A stretch of DNA of 64,000 bases from Paraphysomonas bandaiensis. Taxonomy: Eukaryota; Protista; Chrysophyceae. Numbering within the stretch: position 1 is the first letter of the stretch; each line of letters opens with the position of its first letter. A program made the translations under genes and the position numbers. Location of the stretch: the NCBI GenBank assembly GCA_965644295.1, contig CBFFRP010000404.1:9307-73306 (forward strand), given 5' to 3'. The notes beneath the pieces are model-generated. The model saw nothing but the letters and a program-made list of their open reading frames with translations, ran no database searches and was not told the origin of the DNA. Of the stretch, positions 12,852-25,025 are shown one piece after another.

Positions 12852-15642
12852 TCAAAGCGTGCCTCTACATTTCGAGGACATCACCCTATCTTCACTGAGT
12901 ACATCACAAACTTCTTCCAATTGACAGTCTGCCGTTCTGCCTATTTCAATGTCATCTGTCACATACAGATTTCTACAAGGGGTCCTTGATGATTGCGACT
13001 GCAGCGCACGATGTGTTGTACCCGGCTGGAATTCTACAGAAATCACATGATTGCACAATAACATCAAACCAAAGGCTTACCTTTCAGTGTAGTGATTAAA
13101 GTATCAAGTCTCATTGGCTTGCCTACTAATTTATCTGCTCCCGCAGCCAGGAATTCTTCCACATCCTCTGGAACAATGTTTCCCGTAACAGCGATAATTG
13201 GGCCCTCATATCCCATATCCCTGATTATTTTACAGGCTTCGATGCCACCCATGTTTGGCATCACTGAATCCAGGAAAATCATATCTATGCCATCTTTAAC
13301 GAATGATTCTTTGACTGCCCCCACAGCACCGACACCATCTTCCCGCTGATGTATTCTTAGATATAAATTTCAGACAACAAATTCATACCTCTACGATTTT
13401 AGCAAAATGAGGCTTCAGAGCTCTGGACAACATTTTTCGGCAAGTTTTGACATCATCCACAACTAAAGCACAATGGAATTTCGTACTCCCAACATCAATG
13501 TCATCGCTATAATTCAACGGGACGACTACGCGGCGCCTATTGTTATCACTGGGCTTTACGTATTCAACAACTGGTTTAATATGCAAGTTAGGGTCTGGCT
13601 CAAAATCTAGTGGTGCCACAGATGATGCGGAGCTATTTCTTTTCTCCAATGTGATGGGTAAGTTACCAGTAGTGGAGGGATCCGTGGGATTCGATTTGAG
13701 AGGGAGGTCGACATGAAACGAACATCCCTCACCCGATATGCCTGAAGACTCTAACGTGAGCAATCCACCATGCTTTGATACTATATTTCGCGACACTGAA
13801 CAAATAAAACTATCAGGTACGGAACATATACAGTCATAGCTATACCATATAGCCCTAGTCCAGACCCTTCGCCATTGCGAGCCTCAGTAGCACTAAACTG
13901 GACCATGTCCTTAAATAACTTTGACTGGTTCTCCTTGAAGCAAAATATGATTTCGTAAATGCTAGCGAAAAGTACTTACAGGTAAGATTCCACATCCCGT
14001 GTCTTTAACAGTTATTCGTACCATCGGATCATCACCCTACAAGTAGGCAGACAGAATATTATATATACATATTAAAACTTGTAAACCAACCTCAAGTACT
14101 GCCAACTCCTCACGCCCTAGAAGGCGAGCGGAGACTGTAATTGTTCCACCGGCGGCTGTAAACTTAAGTGCATTGCTTAATAGGTTCCGCATCACCATAG
14201 TAAATTTTATATTATCTACAGCGACCCATGCAGATTGAATATCTGACGGGAAGCATTCGTCACCACTATATATCAAACATATCTGTTCCTCAGACGCCTA
14301 GAACACAAACTAATCAAATAAAACATATATATGACAAATCATTCTTTCATATTAAGTGCATTTCTGTCATATTGAGGGGGTATATCACAGGTTGTGTATA
14401 GGTATCAGCCATTGAAACACATGCGATTTAGTGCTGCATACCTGGCTAGTGAAGGGCTCTACCCACCCTGAAATCGATTGAATCAAATTTTGCGTCTTTA
14501 ATCTTAGCCGCATGTCGCCATCCTCAATTTTGTTATATAGAAGTAGCCCGTTAAGGACGTCCACTGCACTGTGACAAGACCCGTACACGCTGGTAGAAGT
14601 GGACGCCACATTATCCGCAAGTGAAGACAATTTCGGGGAATCAGCGTACTTCCACGCTTCTTGTTGGATACCCTGCACATAAGTAGAAAGCATCTGAGTG
14701 CCCAGCATCATGGTGTTGAGTGGGGTTCGTAACTCGTGAGAAATATATCGAATAAACTGCTTTGTTAACTCTAACTGGTGCTACAACATAAATTAACAAA
14801 GGCGAACAGTAAAACAAATCACGCACCATTAGTATGGTCGACTCTTGACGCATGAGACGAGTAGGAACACAAATCGCCACTACAGCTACAATCATATCGC
14901 ATATAATATATGCCATAAGCTCATTACTCGTTCTATTTTCCCAATTTTCAAAACCATACATAACCCATATAACGTGAATATACAAAGCAAAAAACACAAT
15001 ACAACTGACATACACAAAGTGGCACTTCTTGGAGCGAGACGAAAAGGATTCAGAGAGGGCAGTTATCATAAGTCGAAAGTAAGCATATAGCAATCCGATC
15101 GCCTCTATCAGAAGCAAGACTGCGGTCAGAACAATAAAAATGTATATCACGGAACTGTGAAAGGAAAGACTTATATGCAAAATAAGAATGGTCATAAAGC
15201 CAGTAAAATAACACCCAAGTAATATCGCCTTCTGCTTCTGAGTTGTATTCGTATCAATGAGGTACGTAATCAGCGCACCGCCCACTAAAATATTCTTGAC
15301 GCCGAACAAGTATATGTACCCAACTGGGCTACCGACTTGCATTGTGATAAAAAGATTCGGTAGCACTAAGCCTAAGATTAACAAAACTCTTGGAAGGATA
15401 GTTCTTGGTTTAATGCTGCCCAAGTCCAACAATATTTCAAACAGTAATGGACAGCAAAAGCCTAAAGCAGCAGCAGACATGGACAAGAGATCTCGTGAGT
15501 GAAGCCTCTCTCTCAGTCTATCCAGATCAATTAAAACATTCTGAGAACATGTCAATGGGAACATTGCTATTACAGAGGACACCATAACTAAAGTGAACAA
15601 TGACCACGGGCTGTACAAGTCCAACTTCTGCATCTTACGCAT
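12852..15642 (-). CDS. Membrane-bound hybrid sensor histidine kinase (multi-TM, HisKA, HATPase, receiver); about 8 exons
   Basis: After intron 14781-14826: H-box FIRYISHELRTPLN; N-box NLLSNALKFT; G1 VKDTGCGI; G2 GSGLGL; receiver LVVDD...IFLDSVMPNMGG...IIAVTG...GKP; 7-8 hydrophobic N-terminal segments. Start codon uncertain. Confidence 0.9.
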
Positions 15643-16483
15643 GATAATCTTCACTATCTTGTCATTTACATTATCAGCTGTTCACAGGACTCTATCGTTT
15701 AATGCAGTCATACCACTGCTGTCTCTTAATAAGGATTCTGCTAACACTTCGTGGATTCTGCATATGCCAGTCATGTCAGGGAATTGTGTTCCAGCGCCAT
15801 TCCTATCAGTGACGATGATGCCTTTTTTCCTTCGTTTTTCCCTTTTTTTTAATCCCAAATACGGGTTATTTAGGCCGCACGGGTTTTGGGGTTTACAAAG
15901 TGGGTCATTTTATACTATACTGCAGAGCTGTCTGTACATGTGCTGTCCACAGATCCTCCTTGCTGGCTGCAAAAGATCCACAGAGAGTATGCATTGAATA
16001 AGATTATCAAGTATTAAGATTGCCATATTCGAGGCGTTAGTGAAGCTTTTGCCTTCACAAAGGGGTTTCAAACCTATAAAGTTTCACATATGCTGTCGAT
16101 ATCTACTACTGTATATTACGAAGAGGATTCCATTCATTAAGAAATAGATGCTCCCTGATTAACTTTAAGAACACAAATGACAACTCATATAGCTTCAAAT
16201 CAATGATATGTATGTATACTGTATGCTTAGGGAGTAGCAATAGTACTAGATCAACTCAACACAATAAACCCCAAGTTTCTATAACAGCTACAACAAATGT
16301 ACTCCTACTACTGAAAAATACTGAGGGAATAGCAACTGCGAGGTGTCAAAATTCGTACATAAGTGTGATAATGAATGTGAACAGTTGAACGCTCAAGAGA
16401 GGCTTCTTATTCCCTTAATTAGCATCATCATCACATTTTTATACAGCAGGCTTAACCTCTGCAAGTGCACCTGATCGAATAAT

Positions 16484-17400
16484 GTGTGTATGATATGAGG
16501 CACAAAATATCCTAATAAGCACAATGTAACCCGGAACCCTGAAAGAACTGGGTGCCACTGCTCCTAACCACCTATATAGCATCAGATATGGTACTTAAAC
16601 TCTCCTGTAATATTCTTGAAGTTGTTTCGAAGTCCTGGATATTAGGATAGGTCGCTTGTACTGACAGCTTTATGATCTTATACAATGGAATATAACTAGA
16701 AGTGTCTAATGATTTATCTCGTGATTGTGGTTTCTCTACAATTGTGTAATATAATGAAATCACTTATGACTGTCATTATCATAATTAGGATAGAAGTGAG
16801 CTTCTGTTGAACTGAATAATGTCTATATATGCCCGGTGCTAATATGAGCTCCCTCTTGAGACAAAATCAGGTCAAAAACAAGCTTTTTTTTGAGACAAAA
16901 TGGGGATATAGTTATATTTAACCAGGGATACAAGGAGGCTGTACCCAGCGCTAATGCTGTGTGTATTGTGTATTGTGTATGATATGACACATACAATCCT
17001 GATACCTGATAGCTGATAGCACGACGCGACCAAATCCCTGAAAGGACTGGTCCAAGTCAACTTCAGCATCAGATGTAGCATTTGAACCCTCTGGCAAAAA
17101 GAATTATGGTTGTGATTGTGAAGTCCTTGTTATGAAGTATGAAGAGAGAACACTTGAACACAGAATACTGAGCTTCGACATCAGCTAGGACGGAATTTAA
17201 CTTGGAGTGTTTAAGCTTTTAAAAGTTTGTTTAGCTTTATGGTTTCCCTAAAGTTGTGCTATATAGTGAAGTCACCTCATAATGGCTGTCAAAATCATCG
17301 TAATCAAGATAGAAGATAGTTTCTGCTTTCTGTCTAACTGCATATTGAATTTGAATGTGTATGCTTTCCAGGCGTTAAATGTTCTGTTAAAGAACCCAAT
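16484..17400 (+). repeat. Copies 2 (~16484-16910) and 3 (~16975-17400) of the ~430-bp repeat, in tandem
   Basis: Same motifs and orientation as 11948-12380; copy 3 is more decayed (CCCTGAAAGGACTG, ACTTGGAGTGTT, AATGGCTG). Confidence 0.7.
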
Positions 17401-17671
17401 TCACACAGCAAACCAATCGCAAAAGCGATGAATGCTTCATGCCTTCTGAATTTAAGTGATATTGTTTCAGTGGTTACATTCTGAACAACGCGACTACATA
17501 CACATGAGGCGATACTCTAATCAGTTAAAACGTCTAACACCTACTGTACATCTATTGTAAAACTAGAAATGCGAGCAATGCTCACACGTCATTATTTGTG
17601 GTTCAACACAAATACATTCACAAAACTCCACTGCGAAAAACAAATGTCTTCGAATACTATCACAGTAACCC

Positions 17672-18715
17672 TCATAGTTCAAGCAAAACTACTGCGGACG
17701 GCACTATAGGCTTACCGTCTGACCCATCGATAAGCTTGCTACCCATCGATACATACGCCTGAGAGCCGATGAAATTGTTCACCGCAATCTGAACTGGCAA
17801 TACAGATACAGAGCAGAGTACGCAGTCTCGTTGGAAATTATATAATCGCAACTTTATATCTTTCACTCTCGCCCCACATTCAATAGATTCAAGGAATTTC
17901 TCGAGAGTGTCATGACAAGAATCAGACGAGGAGGGTCGACTGCCACTATTTTTCTCATCCGCAGCAGAATCAGAAGATTTCGATTGCTTTTTCGGAAATA
18001 GAGGAGCATCAGCAAATGTATCTCGTATGGAAATCGCCCGAAATTCCCCATTCTGAAAGAGTATACGAGAGACTAGATCATCGCAATGCAGCAACTTGAC
18101 ACTGCGATCTCCACCATCAATACCTACCACAAGCACCTGCGGTTCCGTCTTGCGTGCACGTTTGGCTGCAGGTTCACTGTTGTCACTAGCTGCACTCTCA
18201 GAGGCTTTAACGTTCGGAGTTAAAGACTGTAGCGCAACTTCGGAAAGTTTGCGCGCTTGTTTCATATCGTGTAATTTCTTGTCTGTACGATACTGTTCTA
18301 CAGTGAAAGGCCACGACGAAAAAAGAGTGGACTTGGCCAGTCGTCTCTCTTCAGTCAATAAAACGTGCTCTAGATAGTCAGCTCGTAAAGGAAACGAACC
18401 AAAATAAAAGTTTCGCGGTAGAGCGGAACACGCATGTGCTAATTGTCTTCTCGAACACTCACGAAACAGAGCGACACTCGGACACGTTATCTTCTGCTGG
18501 TCGAATACGCGGGCTGTCTCCTCATAGTCCTCAATAGCAGACACAAACACTATTAAAACAAACTTCTGTTGACTTTGAGCGAGTTCAATAGGTGATCTGT
18601 ATCCCCTAACACCGGGATCAACCAGATAACGAGAGACCAGACTCTCAACACTCTGAACAGACTGTTCTCGGGTTGAATTAACAGCATCTACTACACCTAC
18701 ATAATTCGGAATCAT
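17672..18715 (-). CDS. Uncharacterised protein: putative pseudo-receiver domain + NLS + PAS-like domain
   Basis: Uninterrupted 347-aa ORF from ATG 18715; the beta/alpha pattern matches REC order without the catalytic D/K; PAAKRARK; C-terminal PAS/PAC-like pattern. The gene is likely real; the domain call is by eye. Confidence 0.55.
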   Translation of the reverse strand: MIPNYVGVVDAVNSTREQSVQSVESLVSRYLVDPGVRGYRSPIELAQSQQKFVLIVFVSAIEDYEETARVFDQQKITCPSVALFRECSRRQLAHACSALPRNFYFGSFPLRADYLEHVLLTEERRLAKSTLFSSWPFTVEQYRTDKKLHDMKQARKLSEVALQSLTPNVKASESAASDNSEPAAKRARKTEPQVLVVGIDGGDRSVKLLHCDDLVSRILFQNGEFRAISIRDTFADAPLFPKKQSKSSDSAADEKNSGSRPSSSDSCHDTLEKFLESIECGARVKDIKLRLYNFQRDCVLCSVSVLPVQIAVNNFIGSQAYVSMGSKLIDGSDGKPIVPSAVVLLEL

Positions 18716-19361
18716 TACAAAATGGTCTAGTAAGAGTAAGGTGTAAGCATGGGTACGGGCCACAACTCTCTTGTTATTGATTCAACTTCTATACAACACT
18801 CTCCAGAGCTAATAGACACGTACGTGGGTCCAGTCACACAAACAGAATACAAATCATGTGAAGTTAGATGATTTAGGACTCTTGTTCCCTCGATGTGTGT
18901 ATATCTTGAACAGACACTGACGTATTATTGGCTAAAAGGTTGTCGCCCACAATTTTTAAAAAAAAAATATATGAAAACCTCCACTTTTAGGAATTGCGTA
19001 AAAAGTAAAAATGCTGCTAGGTATACACTACGTACGAATGTGTGTACAGCAGTACGTAGCATATACAGTACTGTATATGTACGTTAGTATTCTGTCGTTA
19101 AGTATTTCATCAACGACATATCGAATAAACCACACCACAATTACATATATATACGATATATGCAGGCATCTTGATATTATAACAGTGATGTGGAACTGCA
19201 TTGTGTGTGCATAGGTGTGATACTACACATACATCCTTGTCATCACAGGACTTGTTCTCAGATCATTCTCATGACGACTGCGCTGTGGTTTACTTATAGA
19301 TAAAATCTGCATCAGTTAATCTTATTTTTTACTCTCTACTGATTTTTTTGTTTGAATAAAT

Positions 19362-22349
19362 ATGAAAAAACTTCGTGCAGTTGTGCGCTCAATTAGTCCT
19401 TTTTCACGTAAACGTAATACTGATGTGAACGATCCCGGCCCGAGTGTTCCTCTGCACACTGATGAGGACGATGACAGCAGAGACAGTCGTATGTGGTCTC
19501 TTGAAGGTATCGATTTCTTAAAATTTCTTAGAACGTTTTACACTATGTTCAATCCCGATAAAGTGTCAAGTGTTGAATACATATATGATCAGTACCAAGG
19601 CGATGAATTAGTGTTGATCTGCCAACTGTCTGAGAAATATGATCTTTCGCGTGACGATATGCAAGCAATCATCGACACTTGTCGAGACTGTAGAAGCGAA
19701 GCATCAAGTGTAGCCTCAGAGTCAATTGGATTGGGCACATTTTCTAGCGGCAAACGTTCCATTGATTCTCGCGGGCAGGGTGTTGTTAGAACTCCGTCGT
19801 GGCAGCAGAGAAGCCAGGAACGTAGAGCCCGCGACATGCTTCGACAAGAGCGGAATGAGAGAATGGACACTTTTGCTATGGAAGGCGGATCACATGAAAG
19901 ATCTCGTGGTGATTCTACAACGAATGATGATAAAGGAAGCAAGAGTGTGGTGACCCCGATGTCATTACAGGATATCATCAACACCAGCAGAAGAAGTGAC
20001 TCTCTATCGAAGAAGTCTGTGCGTTTTTCTAATAATATGGCAAGTGAAGACCCCTCTTTAGATAGCTACACTGATTCACCTTCCTTATCGAGGCAAAAGA
20101 GCGATGTAAACAATGATTTATCTAGCACTCGTGCTCGTCGCCCTAGTCCTCCTCCTTGGCAACCTCAGAGAACGGCAAGCCCCATGTCAGCAGAAGGCTA
20201 TCATGCGAATTTGCATTCTCACTCTACAAATATGCACAGCCGGTCTGAAACGCCGGTTGGGGTAGGAAGTCCTGAAACAGATATCCCTTCCGTCCCTGTG
20301 CAACGAATGAAGCGCCCGGTGGTGTCTGTAAGGAGCACATCGGAATCTTTCCAGAGACAACCCTCCTCCGGTCTCAATTCTGTCTCCTCAGAACCCCGAC
20401 TGTGGAGAACCCCGACCATTTCCAGTGGATCTTCTAACCAGATGCAGGATAGTCCAGCTTCGCATAAACTGGAACGAGGTGCACGACAACATTCGTCATC
20501 CCCAATACTCTCTCGAGAATCCTCAAGCAGTCTACTGCAACCTGGTATCAGTTCTCCAGATGTTTCTCCTGATAATCGTAGCAGTGTGCACATTGACAAG
20601 GAGGGTGAAAATACTCAGTCTATACATCTAGAAGAAATGCGGAAAGAGTTGGAGCGGACTCGTCAGGCGCTTAACGAGGCTGACAAGGAGCGGGATGCGG
20701 TATTGCAATTACTACAGGAAATGGCTACCTCTCCTGGAGAAATGCAGGATGTGGTTGAAGCTTACCTAGATAAATATGGTGTGCTCTATTCTGCACTGTA
20801 TACATTAAGTAATTTATAAGCAGGAAAGCGGGACCAATCGAATTTAAAAGCAAGGACGCTAGAGCATCAACCGAGTGGAGTGAGTAAGTTCTCTCTTCGC
20901 CTACAAGATCTCGGTGACAGAAGAGATAGTGATGATATGGTGAGATGCTTCCACACTACTGCTTTGGTATTGTGTTATTTACCTTCTACGTGTTTGTATC
21001 AGAAAAACCAACCACCATCTCAGAGAGACAGATCTCCTGGAACCTTGCTTCGGTCGTTGAGTTCGCGCACACAACAGGAGAAACCTTACATGGCTGGTGC
21101 GTTACTCTGTTACAAGGAGGTACTTTCTTACTTAGGCCTTACAGGTACAGCCTCATCTTCGAAGAGAAGCATGGAGCTTGCCCTCGCTGGTAAATCAAGT
21201 GGTAATTACCCAGCTCATGGGGGGTTTTCTACTACAGGGTCCAGAGATCCAAGTCCTAATGGGAGTGTCAGTAGCGCCCGTGAGCGGAACATGGCCCGTG
21301 GTGAATCCACCCGGAGTAGGGGTGGACGCTGGATCAGGCCCTCGAGTGCAGATCGCACGAGGGGGAGGTCTCCCTCACCTGCCGGTAGTGATTCCAAACA
21401 GAGAAGGTACCTTGTATACTTATATGCCTGTTACGTTCGTAACTCCTATATTTGATCAGTTCGCAATCGCCCTCGCCTTCAAATAGCTTTGAGGAATTGG
21501 ACTCGCAATACAGGAAAGTGAAGAAAGTGCTGGAGCGTAGTACAAGTAACGTAAGCGATTCCTTATGTTGTGTGTATAAAGTTTGATATCTATAAATTAT
21601 GTAGGCTCGCTCTTCCTACGACAACACACGCAATCAGCTAAACGATCGAGTGCAGGAGTTCGAGCAGGAAAAGATTAAGGCAGTGAAACGGACGGTGACG
21701 GGGAGTCCCCAGAGAGAAGCGTTACACGGGGAAGATGATTGGATTGCGTGCGTTGATCCCAAAACCAAGAAGACGTAAGGGCTTGGCCATGATTGTTGTG
21801 GTATAGTGTCTAGTAATAGGGTTTGTTATAGATACTACTACAGCAAGTCCCGACGGAAGAGCACTTGGACCCCCCCTGTGGCATCTTCAACAGGTGAGAT
21901 ATTTTCTTGGAGCCCTCCTACGTCGACTGTGCTGACATGGTCTCCTGTGCCAACTGGTGCGTGGTGTCGCCGCGACCGCATTCGAACACAACCAACTGAC
22001 CTCTGTGGATATTGTAGGATCACGAGCGTCAACTCCTACTGGTTCTCGAAGTAGCACGCCGACGGGAGGGAGTAGGCCTTCAAGTCGAAATGGAAGAGTG
22101 AAATTTGCTCCGAATTCTGCCACCAGACAATACCAGCGATCACAGTCTCCAGCTGAAAGTACATCTTCGCAAAAGACAACGGGATCATTGACCAGTCAAT
22201 GGCAGGAAGCAGTAGACCCCAAAAGCGGTAGAACGTATTGGTTCAACAGGTGTATTAACATTTTTTACAGTTTCCTTAATTTATTGAACTCTATTTCTAG
22301 GTCTACCAGAAAGAGTACATGGAAACGACCTGCTGAAGCAACTGCGTGA
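19362..22349 (+). CDS. Ser/Arg-rich protein with two C-terminal WW domains; multi-exon
   Basis: Spliced WW motifs DWIACVDPKTKKT|YYYSKSRRKSTWTPP and QWQEAVDPKSGRTYWFNR|STRKSTWKRP; coiled coil EEMRKELERTRQALNEADKER. Confidence 0.8.
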
Positions 22350-22623
22350 AATTCGATGTGTTCTATGTATATATTGTTTGCTATATATATACCGACATTC
22401 GAAATGCATGAAGTTGTTGGACATGTAGCATCTCTGAAGTTATATATATTAATATACAAAGTGTACTTGTTGGTATTTTTGTGAGTATCACCTTAGTCCT
22501 CATGCTACTGCAGTTCACTATAATGTCTAGTACCTCTATTCTCTACTTAAATGGAATGGAATTATTCTCTCCAAGTAACAATTACATAACGATCAGTGGT
22601 CCCAATTATTAAATAGTTAGTAG

Positions 22624-24464
22624 CAGGACTGCGTCTCAATTAATTGTCACAGGTTGTAGCTAATTATAATAGCAATTATTACTTGCTGTCTCAATTTCAA
22701 TAATTATGATTTTAATCTTCAATATTGGATATTCGCAATTATGAAAAATGCCGTGTTTTATCAACTTTTCAGATAACAAAGTGCTATTTTGATATCACTT
22801 AATTGCAATTAATTGAAGCATGCTGGAGTGTGTGTTGAGATGTTTTCACAGTTGCAGGTTTTTGCAATTGGTACAATAAAATCCCGTATTTATCCTATGA
22901 GAGGACCAAAAAAATGAAAAAAAGCCACTTATGGTTATCACTTATGGTTAGCCCTAAATATTAGCTAGCAATAGGCATGTAAGAATCAGACCTAGTTTAG
23001 AATTGAAATTTAACTAACTAGTGCTTATCCTTGATATCCTACTATAAGTAAACAATATGCAAACGTGGGAAATTTTCAAAAATTTGAGAAAATCTAGTAG
23101 ATTTTACTAGACTTTTAAGAATTGTTGTAGAATGGTTCAAAAAGTGCTTGAATGAAATAGTATAGTGTTAATAATTAATTTTATTAATGTTAATAATTAA
23201 GCGCTACGAAAGCTGCTTGTGCGTCCCCGCATTTACCACTTTCGCTCTTCAACACTCACAGCAAACGCAGCGAGCAAGTATAATGTTGATATACTTGACA
23301 TCTGCTCAGCAACTTCAGGATTTTTGAGTCCTTAAGGTAAATAGTCCGGATGCTTCACTTCATCAGGCAGCCCATGTTTATTCGTTTGGGCTCTACACTA
23401 TTGACCCTTACTTATTAGTGTCTCTTGTACCACACAAGCATTTGGCTATGAGTGGGCAGAACAATATCTGCTGACTATATGTTAGTTTCCTGGAGAAATA
23501 TTTCCGATACTTATCCCACAAAACACCACGAAAAGGTGCAAGTCCGATACTGTTGAGGGTGGCTAGAGGTGGCTATATGCAGTGTATATATACGGATATA
23601 CGTATATATATATCGTACTTAGAATAGCAGATTGCTGTATTCTTTGTGGTGCGTTGCTTGCTCTATTGAAAATAATGTTGCAGTGGAAGCAGTTTATAGC
23701 CATTCGAAAACCCAAAATTATTGCTAATTATTATTCTATAAATATATTACGAGCTATTATTTAGTGTTCAGTCATCTGGTGATAGGCAAAGTGTTTTCTG
23801 AAATACAGTATATTGTATATTGTTTATAATCAATTGAAAATTCATAATGCTCTATTCGAATATACAAAGAATTGATATTACGAGGAATAAGCCTAATGTA
23901 TGTAAATGTAGAATGTAGAGCTAGTGCTATGTCTAGTAGGGCTACGCATCATTAAATTGATTATATGAGCGATAAACTGGTACCTGAAAAGTCAATGCAA
24001 GAGTGTTTTTTGAGATGTAAATGATAATAACGAAGAGGCTGCATTTCGGCTTGATTGCTGATGGGTAAACATTAAAATTAAAATATTTTTGCTTGATGAC
24101 GATGAAGAAGATGATGACAGTGAGAGTCTAGTTCAGAATGACGGCACAGCGCAACCTAGATTGATGGTAGTAGGCAACAGAAGCGAGCACGTCTTAATCA
24201 GCAAACTCGTTACCGCAGTATAAAGCACTTGCATGCCACAACCACTATGGTTGAAAGGTTGTTCAGTAGAGCTAAGATTGTTATGACTGTTATGCACAAG
24301 AGTATTACTTATGTTGGACTCTGGAATGAAATGACAGTTGAGGTAGCTATAACAGCAGCAAATGTAGTTTAGTGTTTAGTCTATATAATTGCAGTTGAAA
24401 TTTGAAATTATAATTGACTACAACCTGAGTCAAATAATTGACAATTAATTGATACGCAGCCCTG
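22624..24464 (+). mobile_element. Decayed hAT-like DNA transposon with nested insertion
   Basis: TIRs CAGGACTGCGTCTCAATTAATTGTCA / TGACAATTAATTGATACGCAGCCCTG (2 mismatches in 26); transposase C-terminal remnant RYRSIKHLHATTTMVERLFSRAKIVMT near 24210-24290; no clear TSD. Confidence 0.8.
22960..23560 (-). mobile_element. Copy of the non-coding retroposon-like family, nested in the hAT remnant
   Basis: GCTACGAAAGCTGCTTGTGCGTC, CTTGTACCACACAAGCATTTGGCTATGAGTGGGCAGAACAATATCTGCTGAC and CACCACGAAAAGGTGC..GTCCGA..TGTTGAGGG are shared with 48414-49420. Confidence 0.85.
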
Positions 24465-25025
24465 ATGTCTAGCCTCTAGCATAGGTGTACGTGGGAAACG
24501 GTAGAATCGTGGTAAGTACGAAACGATATGCTGACAGGCGACAGGGCGCTACTATTACCGTGTAGGAAATCAAATTTCCGTGTAAACATAAACGTAACAG
24601 TCACATGTTTTTAAGATCTACTTTATTGGCGTGTTTATACTCAATATTCAACACGAAGTTTACGACCTCTTGGAGATAGTATTGTAATATTATATAGTCA
24701 GCAGGCTTATACAAGGAAGATATAGGACGACAATCATTATGAGAAAAAGTATATTACCAAATAGTTTAGTGTGCTGGTAACAACCAATCTCAATAGAAAT
24801 GCATTTCCAGAATCCCCACAACGCATTGAGGATATAAAGCTACCAATATCTTTTCACAGGTAATTATGATTCTTAATAAAAAACATAACGACTTCGTGTA
24901 GATTACTGGCCGTCTGGTTAGAAACAAGAGGGAACGAAATCACTGGCACATTTCTAACCGCACCTAATACTGGGCAAAATGTCAGGATAGTACAAACGAG
25001 ACGTCTACGACGGTACTCACCTATC

